Shown here: positions 1-9,305 of the stretch, one piece after another
Position numbering within the stretch: position 1 is the first letter of the stretch
Layout of the letters: every line of letters begins with the position of its first letter
NCBI RefSeq assembly: GCF_965240435.1
Contig: NZ_CBDEKO010000003.1
Length of the DNA: 64,000 nt
Reading direction: 5' to 3' (one strand)
Source of the DNA: Moorena producens
Lineage (GTDB): Bacteria > Cyanobacteriota > Cyanobacteriia > Cyanobacteriales > Coleofasciculaceae
Notes under the pieces: generated by a model
Told to the model about the DNA's origin: nothing
Database searches by the model: none
Seen by the model: the letters and a program-made list of their open reading frames with translations, nothing else
Program-made: the position numbers and the translations under genes

Positions 1-20
1 GTAAAACTAGAAAGCTTGCT

Positions 21-1598
21 TTGATGTCTCGACATAAGTACAAGAGATTAAAACACCAAATCACCTCAGTACCCAGCCGTTGGTACTTCTGCCTATCTTT
101 GGCTATTACCATACTGCTGGGATGGGTTGGTGTAGCAGCAGCACAAGATAGTAACACGAATAATTTCACTAACCTGTCTACTATCTGGTTGTTAGTTTCA
201 TCTTTTCTAGTCTTTTTTATGAATGCTGGCTTTGCCATGTTAGAAGCCGGGTTATGTAGACGGAGAAATGCGACTAATGTCTTGGCTAAAAATTTAATAG
301 TTTTCTGTATATCAGCCTTAGCCTTTTGGCTACTTGGCTTTGGCTTAATGTTTGGTGATGGCATCACTTACAGTTGTGTTCCAGGAGAAAATACTAGTTT
401 AAGTTTAGTGGGTCAAAAGGGGTTGTTTTTTAATCTTCCCTTTCCCCAATTTGGAAATCTTGGTTTTCCAGAATCAGGATTTAATTGTCTCAATAAAGAT
501 TGGTCTAATCACTCCTTTGCGGCTCTATTTTTATTTCAGTTAGTCTTTGCTGGAACTGCAGCCACTATTGTTTCAGGAGCTGTTGCTGAACGGGTTAAAT
601 TCTGGGCATTTCTGCTATTTAGTTTTTTCCTGGTTGGTTTTATCTATCCCCTAACGGGTCACTGGGTTTGGGGACACTATGGTTGGCTAGCCAAGGCGCT
701 AAAATTTCAGGATTTTGCCGGTTCAACTGTAGTCCATAGTGTTGGTGGTATGGCTGGCTTGGTAGGGGCTTGGCTACTAAAGCCACGACAAGGTCGTTTT
801 GGCTACAATTTAAGAACAGATAGATATGAAGGTCTCGAAACTGAAAAGTTCTCTTCCGATAATCTGGGTTTAGCCACTTTAGGCTGCTTAATTCTTTGGC
901 TGGGCTGGTTTGGCTTTAATGGTGGCTCAGCAAAGGATCTCGATTATGTAGCCAATACCATCACAACTACCATGATGGCAGCAGCAGCTGGTGGAATATC
1001 CAGCGTATTTTTTAGTCCAATTATCCTGGGAAAACCCAGTCTAGCCTCAATTATCAATGGTATTTTAGGTGGGTTGGTAGGAATTACAGCTTCAGCTGCT
1101 TTTGTAGATATCAGAAGTGCATTTATAATTGGCTCGATCAGCGGTATTTTTGTCCTTTTAGGGGAATATTTTCTACAAGTTTGGAAAATTGATGACCCCG
1201 TAGGTTCGGTTCCTGTTCACCTTTTCTGTGGATTTTGGGGAACGATTGCCTTAGGAATCTTTAGTAGCAATAGTTCTCTTTTGTACTCAGAACTTGATGT
1301 ATATGACGATCCATTATTACAAGTGTTGTGTCAGTTCTTAGGCTGGCTGATTATTATTATCGTAACAGCTCTATTGAGTTTAGTAGGTTGGCTATTAGTT
1401 AGCCTAATTTTATATTATGCAAGCCAGATAAATGAGCGGATTAGCGGCAAACAACGCCATCGGAAACAATTCCGTGAAACCCAATATTTTCAATTAGGAG
1501 AATTTATCTTAACTATTTTTGAAATTTCTCGTCGAGGGATAAGAGTATCTTTGGAAGAAGAAATCAGTGGTAGCGATGGAGTTTTTTATAATCCTTAG
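21..1598 (+). CDS. amt: Ammonium transporter (Amt/MEP/Rh family)
   Basis: 525 aa multi-pass membrane protein. Characteristic Amt motifs present (AGFAMLEAG, SGAVAERVKF, HSVGGMAGL, DDPVGSVPVH..GFWG). Translation read directly from the ORF. Confidence 0.9.
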   Translation: MMSRHKYKRLKHQITSVPSRWYFCLSLAITILLGWVGVAAAQDSNTNNFTNLSTIWLLVSSFLVFFMNAGFAMLEAGLCRRRNATNVLAKNLIVFCISALAFWLLGFGLMFGDGITYSCVPGENTSLSLVGQKGLFFNLPFPQFGNLGFPESGFNCLNKDWSNHSFAALFLFQLVFAGTAATIVSGAVAERVKFWAFLLFSFFLVGFIYPLTGHWVWGHYGWLAKALKFQDFAGSTVVHSVGGMAGLVGAWLLKPRQGRFGYNLRTDRYEGLETEKFSSDNLGLATLGCLILWLGWFGFNGGSAKDLDYVANTITTTMMAAAAGGISSVFFSPIILGKPSLASIINGILGGLVGITASAAFVDIRSAFIIGSISGIFVLLGEYFLQVWKIDDPVGSVPVHLFCGFWGTIALGIFSSNSSLLYSELDVYDDPLLQVLCQFLGWLIIIIVTALLSLVGWLLVSLILYYASQINERISGKQRHRKQFRETQYFQLGEFILTIFEISRRGIRVSLEEEISGSDGVFYNP

Positions 1599-1649
1599 AC
1601 TCTGGATTATCAGTAAATAGGGTTTGCTGAAAAAGTCTTTTGGTATTGG

Positions 1650-1690
1650 TAGGAGTCAGGAGTTAGGAGTCAGGAGTTAGGAGAAATGGG
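1650..1690. repeat. Heptanucleotide tandem repeat (GGAGTCA/GGAGTTA)
   Basis: ggagtcaggagttaggagtcaggagttaggag seen directly. A second heptamer run (CCCTGTT x3) lies at about 1973-2000. Confidence 0.7.
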
Positions 1691-2017
1691 AATTATATAG
1701 AAGGTAGTCGGAAGACTTGTCCCTTTATTTTTCGGCTATTGTCTACCAAAAATGCTAAGTTATTGAGCTTTTTCGACCGAAAAGCTGGCATTTTTAGAGA
1801 CCCAAAAAGGCGAAAATCTTTATCTTTCAATGCTTTGAGAGTTAATCAGCAAGCCCTAAATAGCTAAGTCTTGAAAAGTAGGAAATAACAGAAAGTTATC
1901 TTGACTAAAAATATCTAGAATATTAACTTATATTAATTAGTTAGTTAAATGCTTGCTAAAAATCCATACATTTCCTATTCCCTGTTCCCTGTTCCCTGTT
2001 TTCAATTTAACAATTGA

Positions 2018-3211
2018 TTAGCCCAAATATTTAGAAGCGGGACAATCATATTTCATTAGATAGTTTTTCAACCAATTAGCATAATTTTCATTATTCCGAC
2101 CCCATCGACGGAAAAAACGTGAAAGAGATTTTTGTCTAAACTGGTAGTAACCCTGTGATACTTGACAAAGATTTATAGTAGCTTGCTTGAATTCCCCTTG
2201 ACTAGCTAGCTCTTCTATAGCATAGGAAAACTGCAATTTATCTAACATTAACTGACATAGCTTGGGAAAAGTATTATTTTGACTCTTGATCTTTCTAAGT
2301 TGCTCGATTTGTTCTTTTCTGTTAGTAAATTGACGTCTGCATATGTCCTCAGAAGCCAGGTTTTTTAGTTGATCGTCTGCTCTTCTAGAACTAGTACACT
2401 GAAATACGCCAAAGGTAATGACTAGAAACAATGCGATCAAGCCACCCCAAAAGCTAATAGGTGATGGGATTCTGCTAGCTGATGGGGTAGACAAGGTTGT
2501 GGCTTGGTCTGGCTCTAAAGGTACTACAGTTAATCGGTTGGGATTGTCAGTTGTTAGATCTCGGTGTTTGGAATAGTCAGTTGTTGGATCTCGGTGTTTG
2601 GGCTCGTCAGTTGTTAGATCTTGGTCTTGAGTAACTGGGGTGATTGGTAGGTTAGGAAAAGCGATGGCGATGGCTTCATCAGTAGCATCTGTGGTCAGCT
2701 CAGATGCCAGCCAAAAGTCTGTACTGGTCAACTGTGCTAACTCTTGAGCTACCCACGTGTGATTAAAAACAGCCTCATAAATACGGTTAGAAACTTTGAG
2801 ATTTCCCCCCTGGTTAATCACCACACCGGAGTTGAGCAACACTTTTTGTTCCCAACTGTCATTTGCCATCATGACTCCCTGCAAAATTTTCTGATACAGG
2901 CGCAGGAATTGTTCTTCGAGCAAGAAACTACGAATATCTTGCAGAAGTTCAGCGGCTTCCTGAGTTTCCCAATTTTCAACGAAGTGAGTTTTGACGAGTT
3001 CTTCGACTTTAAGAGCTTCATCACCAACAGGGATGGGAGATTTAGAGTCAAGGATAACTTGACAAAGCTTCTGGGTCAAAAAAGGCTGAGAGCCAGTCCA
3101 TGCCAGTACCTCGTCTAACACAACATCAGGGTTGCTCAGATGCTCAGCCAATGCGGGTTTGAATGGTTCGAGGAGTTTAGCCACCTCAGGTTTATCCTGC
3201 TCAGACGTCAT
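2018..3211 (-). CDS. Hypothetical membrane-anchored protein with internal repeat region
   Basis: 397 aa. The N-terminal ~170 aa resemble the C-terminal helical region of cyanobacterial AAA-like (PF14516-type) proteins such as the ORF at 59689-61020. The central region has TTDxxKHRD-type repeats encoded by a ~30-nt DNA tandem repeat (2540-2630). One predicted TM helix (WGGLIALFLVITFGVF). Function unknown. Confidence 0.5.
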   Translation of the reverse strand: MTSEQDKPEVAKLLEPFKPALAEHLSNPDVVLDEVLAWTGSQPFLTQKLCQVILDSKSPIPVGDEALKVEELVKTHFVENWETQEAAELLQDIRSFLLEEQFLRLYQKILQGVMMANDSWEQKVLLNSGVVINQGGNLKVSNRIYEAVFNHTWVAQELAQLTSTDFWLASELTTDATDEAIAIAFPNLPITPVTQDQDLTTDEPKHRDPTTDYSKHRDLTTDNPNRLTVVPLEPDQATTLSTPSASRIPSPISFWGGLIALFLVITFGVFQCTSSRRADDQLKNLASEDICRRQFTNRKEQIEQLRKIKSQNNTFPKLCQLMLDKLQFSYAIEELASQGEFKQATINLCQVSQGYYQFRQKSLSRFFRRWGRNNENYANWLKNYLMKYDCPASKYLG

Positions 3212-3353
3212 TTAATTCCTTGTGTATTCCAGACTATTTTTCCTTCAAACATATTTTGTGATAGTCTTAAATTTTCGATCAAGATTAACAAGGAATTTCT
3301 ATGACCTACAAGGCAGGTTATCGGTAAGATATGGGGTGTAAACTACATGTCCA

Positions 3354-3698
3354 CTACATGTCCATTACATCCAACCCCTCTGATGGCATAACCTTTCCCC
3401 CATAGGACTTAACTACATCTTCAAACAAAGGCATATCATCCTTTGGGATTTCCACTACTACTACCATTTTGGCATATTCCTCTGCTCCTTCTTCCTTGTA
3501 TTCTATTTGCTCGAAGGGCAGGTCTGTTGTCCAATCGTCTAAATTGCTATTAATCATAGGGATGTTGGGCAACAGTTCTTCAACTGGGATAGCGCGAGGT
3601 TTAAAAGGTAGATCGACGCAAAATCGAGGCAGTGCCTGATGAGAAAAATTAACGAAATCCACGGGATTGATAAACACGACTGAAACTTGGACTTTCAT
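3354..3698 (-). CDS. Hypothetical protein
   Basis: 114 aa ORF with no recognisable motifs. Acidic C-terminal half. Confidence 0.35.
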   Translation of the reverse strand: MKVQVSVVFINPVDFVNFSHQALPRFCVDLPFKPRAIPVEELLPNIPMINSNLDDWTTDLPFEQIEYKEEGAEEYAKMVVVVEIPKDDMPLFEDVVKSYGGKVMPSEGLDVMDM

Positions 3699-3984
3699 AA
3701 TCTATGCTATGGTATTCAATCTATTGACACTGACTTGAATTAATACATCATAGCAAAGATGAGCAGTAAGCTTACCCCCGGCTGTTGGCATAGCCTACAG
3801 CCAGGCATAGCACGGGGGCTTTCGCCCAGGCAACAGGCGCGTTGGTTTTCAGTAGCCCTAGCTAACAAACGCGCTTAGATTCCCAATTAATTGAGCCTAA
3901 GGGTTAAGGGCTAAATCTCTAGGTCGGCTTACTCTACGAAAACCCGTAGCTTTTACAACCGATTCAACTCCCGGATGGCTCCAT

Positions 3985-4055
3985 TGAGAATTGAGAATTG
4001 AGAATTGAGAATTGAGAATTTAAAATTGGTATTTCTTGATTCTTGATTCTTCAAC
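3985..4055. repeat. Heptanucleotide tandem repeats (GAGAATT x4, then TTGATTC x3)
   Basis: Seen directly in the divergent intergenic region. Confidence 0.7.
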
Positions 4056-4355
4056 ATTGGTCCGATTTACGTATCACTCGCAGATACTAACCTACTGGCC
4101 TAGCCGTTTTCTCGAGAGCTAAGAGTGCCTTGGCTAATTTCGACCTATATCTATTATACTTTACTGCGCTTAAAACCTTGCTTGCGCTTGATCCCGGCTC
4201 ACTTTGTGACATGGCTTCCGCGTCCTTTGTTTTTTACGTGAGACGGCCTGTGACTTCCAGTAATCCCAAATCTGGGTCTAATACCCCCGTTAACCAAACT
4301 GGTAATATGAACAGTATGTTGTATCGTAATGACTCAATTTAGGAATTGATGCCTG

Positions 4356-4754
4356 GTGAATAAAGATGTATCAAGGGGTTTGGTTTACGAGTTCCAGCCT
4401 CATCAGATTATTTGCTTAGAGCATGACAATACTCGTTTATACGCTGAAGTCATCGAATTTGTGTCATCCCGACAAATGTGTTGGGTGCGTTCTATGGTAT
4501 TGGTGACCTTAGAGGATAGTCAAGAGCGTTTGGCAGCGGAACCCTCTGAACACCTCACTCTTTACGACCTACGCTCTGGACCGGATTTACTTTGGCCAGC
4601 GAGTTTATTACGACTAGCCTTAGATACTGAAGTAATTCCTCTGTTGGTTCGGTTAGATGACCCAGATGTCAATGTAGAAAGTGACCCTGCTGCTCGCCAG
4701 CAACTAAGTTATTTTATCTGTGCAGTTTGGCAAGCTTATCCGGACAAGTTCTAA
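4356..4754 (+). CDS. Hypothetical protein
   Basis: 132 aa ORF with no recognisable family. Confidence 0.35.
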   Translation: MNKDVSRGLVYEFQPHQIICLEHDNTRLYAEVIEFVSSRQMCWVRSMVLVTLEDSQERLAAEPSEHLTLYDLRSGPDLLWPASLLRLALDTEVIPLLVRLDDPDVNVESDPAARQQLSYFICAVWQAYPDKF

Positions 4755-4981
4755 GTTTTGTTAAGAGTTAATCGGTAATAGGACTTTGCCAACTCCATGG
4801 TGATCTGATCACGACTTAAGCAGTAGCAAGTCAGAACCCTTAGGAGAGTAAACTAAAGTTGTAGGGGTTTTGCCATATGTAGCTGTCAGAGCTTGCCGCA
4901 ACCCTAAAAGTTATGCCTAAAAGTCATGGACTAGTTACCAAGCCTCCAATCTTGTCTAGCCTTAGTTTATAACCACTGTTT

Positions 4982-5182
4982 CTAGTGACTCGGAACGAGC
5001 TGTACACGACCAGCATCCATCTCAGACATTAATAATTCCAATGCTTCGTAATCCACATCAGAGATGTAACCGGTTTGAGTTAGTTCGTAGTTAATTGCAT
5101 TTTCTATATCAGGAGTCAATTTCCTAATATAGAGGGCTTTTTCTACTAGTTGACGAATAACAAATGTAGTTTTCACAATCAC
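4982..5182 (-). CDS. Hypothetical small protein
   Basis: 66 aa ORF. Supported only by ORF length. Confidence 0.2.
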   Translation of the reverse strand: MIVKTTFVIRQLVEKALYIRKLTPDIENAINYELTQTGYISDVDYEALELLMSEMDAGRVQLVPSH

Positions 5183-5807
5183 TTACCCACAATTCCATAT
5201 AAATTTATTGTCTTCTGAAACTACTAACCACTCTAGTGATTTTTATCTTATTGGTATGTGATCTAAATCACTGATGAGGTGGATTTGTACTCTCTCACAT
5301 ATATATTATAAGCCTTTTTGACTTAACTCAGAAAGCTTAACCTGAACCTAAGAAGCTATGCCGTTTGAAGGCTTAGAGGTATTGAAGTTGAGGCAGTTAT
5401 AAGCAAATACTGCTTAGTACTACTTGCCTCTACACCCTAGTTAACGTTATACTTCCCTAAAGCTAAACATTTGGCTCAAGCCTATAAAAAAAAGTCTTAT
5501 ATTTTTATTTCAGGGCAGCTCTATTGATTTAACGTAACAAAAATTATTAAAATTTAATCCCTACCTATAGGCATGAACTGAGCCATGCTCATAGCAACTT
5601 AGACCATCGGAAATGAAAAATAAATAAATTACTTAACTGTAAAGAAAGTAATATATGATACATTTTGATGGTAAGTTTTATGAAGATTTTAAAAACCATT
5701 AGCCATCTGTAAAGATTCGGCAAAGTCTCTCACAAGTGGTATGGAATTAGGAAAATTCCATACTATCTTCAATATATTCTCTAAAAAATTTTATTGGATT
5801 TGACCAA

Positions 5808-6158
5808 GTGAGGAGTCTACTCATTATGACACAGGCGACCCTAAGTGCAAAATTAAGAATTATTCAACCTTCCGGTCATATTAACGCCTCCAATGCAGTT
5901 GAGTTTAAAAGTCAGTTGACAGAAGCTGTGGTGGCTGGTGAGGATTCGGCTTTGTTGGTTGATATGCATCAGTTAGAGTCACTCGACAGTGCTGGCTTAA
6001 TGGCCTTAATTCATGGTCTGAAGCTAGCAAGACGTCTAGAGAGGCCCTTTGGTCTTTGCTCCGTAGCTCCTTCAATTCGCATTATGCTGGAGCTAACTAA
6101 ATTAGATGGGGTGTTTGAGATTTTTGAGAGCCATGATGCTTTTGCTACAGCCCTGTAA
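5808..6158 (+). CDS. STAS-domain anti-sigma-factor antagonist (SpoIIAA-like)
   Basis: 116 aa with a typical STAS pattern: ..VDMHQLESLDSAGLMALIHGLKLARRLERPFGLCSVAPSIRIMLELTKLDGVFEIFES. Confidence 0.75.
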   Translation: MRSLLIMTQATLSAKLRIIQPSGHINASNAVEFKSQLTEAVVAGEDSALLVDMHQLESLDSAGLMALIHGLKLARRLERPFGLCSVAPSIRIMLELTKLDGVFEIFESHDAFATAL

Positions 6159-6403
6159 GGGGTTGGAGTAGGTTGGAAAGCTAACTCAATGGCTATGAGT
6201 GCAGCAAAATCCTAGGAAATCCAAGGAAGATTAAGTGCTTAAACCGATGACGATGGGAGGAGATAGGGAAATGCTAGTCAAGAAATCTGGTGGTTCTCTA
6301 CTCCCTCACTTCATCACCTTTATCCCCCTATCTCTAGCCTGAGTACTGATAAAATGAAAGGTGGATCAGGGCTAACTGCATTGAAAGCAGTAATAAAGTT
6401 TCT

Positions 6404-9232
6404 ATGGCAATCACTGTAGAGGAAATATTAACACCAGACATCAACAGACCTGCCCGTTACTTAGGTAACGAGTTGGGAGCAGTCCATAAACCTTGGGGAA
6501 AAGCTGAGGTACGCTGGGTATTGACTTATCCAGAAGTATATGAAGTGGGCGCTTCTAACTTAGGCCATATCATCCTCTACAATATATTGAATTCTCAACC
6601 TAGGCAATTATGCGATCGCGCCTATCTACCCGCCCCAGACTTGGCAGCTAAATTACGTTCCACTCAAACCCCTCTGTTTGCTGTAGAGAATCGGCGACCT
6701 CTGACAGATTTTGATATTATTGGCTTTAGCCTTAGCTATGAATTAGGGGCAACCAACATCTTGGAAATGTTGGATTTGGCAGGAATTCCCCTGACCTGGA
6801 AAGACCGTGCTGAGTTTGATATATCGGAAATCCCCCTAATTTTTGCAGGTGGACAAACGGCGACATCGAATCCTGAACCCTATGCTGATTTCTTAGATTT
6901 TGTGGATCTTGGCGATGGGGAAGAATTGTTGCCAGAGATTGGCTTAGTAATCGAAGAGGGCAAAGCAGCTGGCTTAAGTCGAGAAGCGTTACTCCTGGAT
7001 TTGGCTCAGATACCAGGGGTGTATGTCCCCCAATTCTATGATATGACTGAGGATGGCTCAGTTAAACCCAACCGCCCTGATGTGCCGAAGCGGATTTTGC
7101 GGCGTGTGGCTACACCGATGCCTGCCTATGCTATTGGACTAGTACCCTATATCCAAACGGTTCATGACCGACTCAAGATCGAAGTGCGACGGGGCTGTAC
7201 TCGGGGTTGTCGCTTCTGCCAACCTGGGATGCTGACTCGACCAGCGCGGGATGTGGAACCGGAACAAGTGGTGGAAGCTATTGAACAAGGGATGCGTGCT
7301 ACAGGGTATAACGAGTTTTCTCTTCTATCCCTGAGTTGTTCGGATTATCTGGCTCTACCAGCGGTGGGGATGGAAATCAAAAATCGTCTTAAGGATCAGA
7401 ACATTTCCCTGTCCCTACCGAGTCAGCGGGTAGACCGCTTTGATGAGAATATTGCCAATATCCTAGGGGGAAATCGGCAGAGTGGCTTGACCTTTGCCCC
7501 AGAAGCAGGAACTCAGCGGATGCGGGATATTGTTAATAAGGGACTGACTAATGAAGAACTGCTCAGGGGAGTAAAGACGGCATTTGAGCAAGGCTGGGAG
7601 AAAGTCAAGCTCTATTTTATGATTGGTTTGCCTGGTGAAACGGATGTGGATGTGTTGGGGATTGCGGAAACGGTGCGTTGGTTGCAGCAGGAGTGCCGTG
7701 CTAAAGGGAGAAAAACCCTTAAGTTTAACATAACTGTTTCTAATTTTACCCCAAAACCTCACACCCCATTCCAGTGGCATTCCGTATCGACTTCGGAGTT
7801 TAAACGCAAGCAGGAATTGCTCAAACAAGTATTTGGTCAGATCAGGGGGGTGAAGGTTAATTACACCGATGTTCGGATTTCGGCCATGGAAGATTTCGTG
7901 GGACGGGGTGACAGACGCTTAAGTGCGGTGGTGCGCCGTGCTTGGGAATTGGGTGCAGGGATGGATGCCTGGATGGAAAGCTTGGATCGGGCATTTGCTG
8001 CTTGGGAAAATGCGATCGCTTCATCAGGTCTGACCTGGAAATATCGCCAAGTAGAAAGTGGCGAATGGAACGTGATGGCTGGTCTAGAAGAGTTGCAAGT
8101 TGAAAAGTTGTTCGCGAAGCGTGGCCAAAAGGCCAAGGTTGAAAGTTCAGAGCAACCAGCTAACCTACAACCAACTAACCTACAACCAACTAACCTTCAA
8201 CCAACTAACCTTCAACCAACTAACCTTCAACCAACTAACCTTCAACCAACTAACCTTCAACCTTGGCCAAAAGGCCACGCTACGGGAACAACCCTTGATG
8301 CCCTTGATGCCCTTGATGCTCCCTTGCCTTGGGATCATATTGATACGGGAATTGATAAGAATTGGCTCAAGGAAGATTTACAAAAGGCCTTAGATGCAGC
8401 AACAGTACCGGATTGTTCCTTTGATGGGTGTTCTCACTGTGGTGTGTGTGGGATTGATTTTGGTCATAATGTGGTGATTGACCCGCCGCAGATTCCGCAA
8501 TTTGCTGGTCACTTTAAACCCAATACTAATAAGGATCAGCGGCTGCGGGTTTGGTTTGGTAAGTTGGGGGATATGACCTTGTTGGGTCATCTGGATTTGG
8601 CAAGTCTGTTTGAGAGAGCAGTAAGACGGGCTTCACTGCCAATTCGCTATAGTGGGGGGTTTCGGGCTAATGCTCGGATTATGATTGCTAATGCATTGCC
8701 CTTGGGAGCGTCTAGTAGTGGGGAGATTGTGGAGTTTGAGTTAACTGAGAAAATGCCAGTTGAGGAGTTTAGGGAAAGGCTGGTGTCTCAGTTGCCTATA
8801 GAGATTCCGGTGTATGGGGTTGAAGCAGTGGATTTGAAGGAACCTGCTGGAACTCAGCTGTTGGAAAAGGCTGAGTATTTGATTCGAGTTGAGGCAATGT
8901 CATCGGTGTCTTGGGAAGAGTGGCAGGGTTGGATTGAAGCAATTAAGGGTAGTAAGGAAATTTGGTGGGAGCGGTTTACGAAGTCGGGTAAGAAGCAGTT
9001 GGTGAATTTATGCGATCGCTTATTTGACTTCGAGGTGATGGAACCCCAAAAACCCAAAGATGGTGAAGAGGAGGTTGCGGAATCTGGGGTAGTTTTGCGG
9101 TATGTGGGGAGTTGTTTGAATGATGGCACCATGTTGCGACCAGAGCATATTATTTATATGTTGGACCAGGTGGCGCAGCAGGAGTTTCGTTTGTTACATG
9201 TTCATCGCCAACGGTTGATTCTGCGGAATTGA
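6404..9232 (+). CDS. B12-binding radical SAM protein (TIGR03960-like) fused to radical-SAM-associated DUF2344/TIGR03936-like domain
   Basis: 942 aa. Radical SAM motif CTRGCRFCQPG is present. The N-terminal region looks like a B12-binding-type fold. The C-terminal third (DHIDTG...GHLDLASLFERAVRRASLPIRYSGGF) matches the partner protein that is commonly fused to it in cyanobacteria. The linker contains an in-frame repeat insertion (see the repeat feature at 8101-8285). Confidence 0.8.
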   Translation: MAITVEEILTPDINRPARYLGNELGAVHKPWGKAEVRWVLTYPEVYEVGASNLGHIILYNILNSQPRQLCDRAYLPAPDLAAKLRSTQTPLFAVENRRPLTDFDIIGFSLSYELGATNILEMLDLAGIPLTWKDRAEFDISEIPLIFAGGQTATSNPEPYADFLDFVDLGDGEELLPEIGLVIEEGKAAGLSREALLLDLAQIPGVYVPQFYDMTEDGSVKPNRPDVPKRILRRVATPMPAYAIGLVPYIQTVHDRLKIEVRRGCTRGCRFCQPGMLTRPARDVEPEQVVEAIEQGMRATGYNEFSLLSLSCSDYLALPAVGMEIKNRLKDQNISLSLPSQRVDRFDENIANILGGNRQSGLTFAPEAGTQRMRDIVNKGLTNEELLRGVKTAFEQGWEKVKLYFMIGLPGETDVDVLGIAETVRWLQQECRAKGRKTLKFNITVSNFTPKPHTPFQWHSVSTSEFKRKQELLKQVFGQIRGVKVNYTDVRISAMEDFVGRGDRRLSAVVRRAWELGAGMDAWMESLDRAFAAWENAIASSGLTWKYRQVESGEWNVMAGLEELQVEKLFAKRGQKAKVESSEQPANLQPTNLQPTNLQPTNLQPTNLQPTNLQPTNLQPWPKGHATGTTLDALDALDAPLPWDHIDTGIDKNWLKEDLQKALDAATVPDCSFDGCSHCGVCGIDFGHNVVIDPPQIPQFAGHFKPNTNKDQRLRVWFGKLGDMTLLGHLDLASLFERAVRRASLPIRYSGGFRANARIMIANALPLGASSSGEIVEFELTEKMPVEEFRERLVSQLPIEIPVYGVEAVDLKEPAGTQLLEKAEYLIRVEAMSSVSWEEWQGWIEAIKGSKEIWWERFTKSGKKQLVNLCDRLFDFEVMEPQKPKDGEEEVAESGVVLRYVGSCLNDGTMLRPEHIIYMLDQVAQQEFRLLHVHRQRLILRN
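8101..8285. repeat. Composite repeat element inside a CDS: inverted arms GCGTGGCCAAAAGGCCAAGGTTG / CAACCTTGGCCAAAAGGCCACGC flanking 7 x 15-mer (CAACCAACTAACCTT)
   Basis: Seen directly. The arms are perfect inverted repeats apart from the central AAAA. The 15-mer array encodes (PTNLQ)x7 in the reading frame of the radical SAM gene. It is followed by a 3 x CCCTTGATG repeat. Confidence 0.8.
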
Positions 9233-9305
9233 GAAATTTGGCGTTGCTTAATTAAGGTATGATTTGCACTAAAAGCCATAGTTCATGGGTTAATCATTCA
9301 TCCTT

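Noticed and set aside
2744-3118. Overlapping or antisense small ORFs from the track (e.g. 2744-3118, 7463-7828, 9493-9828, 16751-17144, 26628-26900, 28083-28334, 45595-46247, 48759-49025, 56081-56275)
   Set aside because: They lie entirely within longer ORFs that have clear homology on the other frame or strand. No independent support.
3720-3960. tmRNA or RNase P RNA in the 3.7-4.0 kb intergenic region
   Set aside because: There is no tRNA-like 3' end, no tag reading frame, and no conserved P4 (AGGAAAGUCCGGGCUCC) sequence on either strand.
8100-8393. 97-aa ORF encoding NQLTY/NQLTF repeats, and the antisense ORF at 7861-8136
   Set aside because: These are alternate-frame readings of the 15-mer tandem repeat inside the radical SAM CDS. 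The radical SAM frame is continuous and conserved on both sides.
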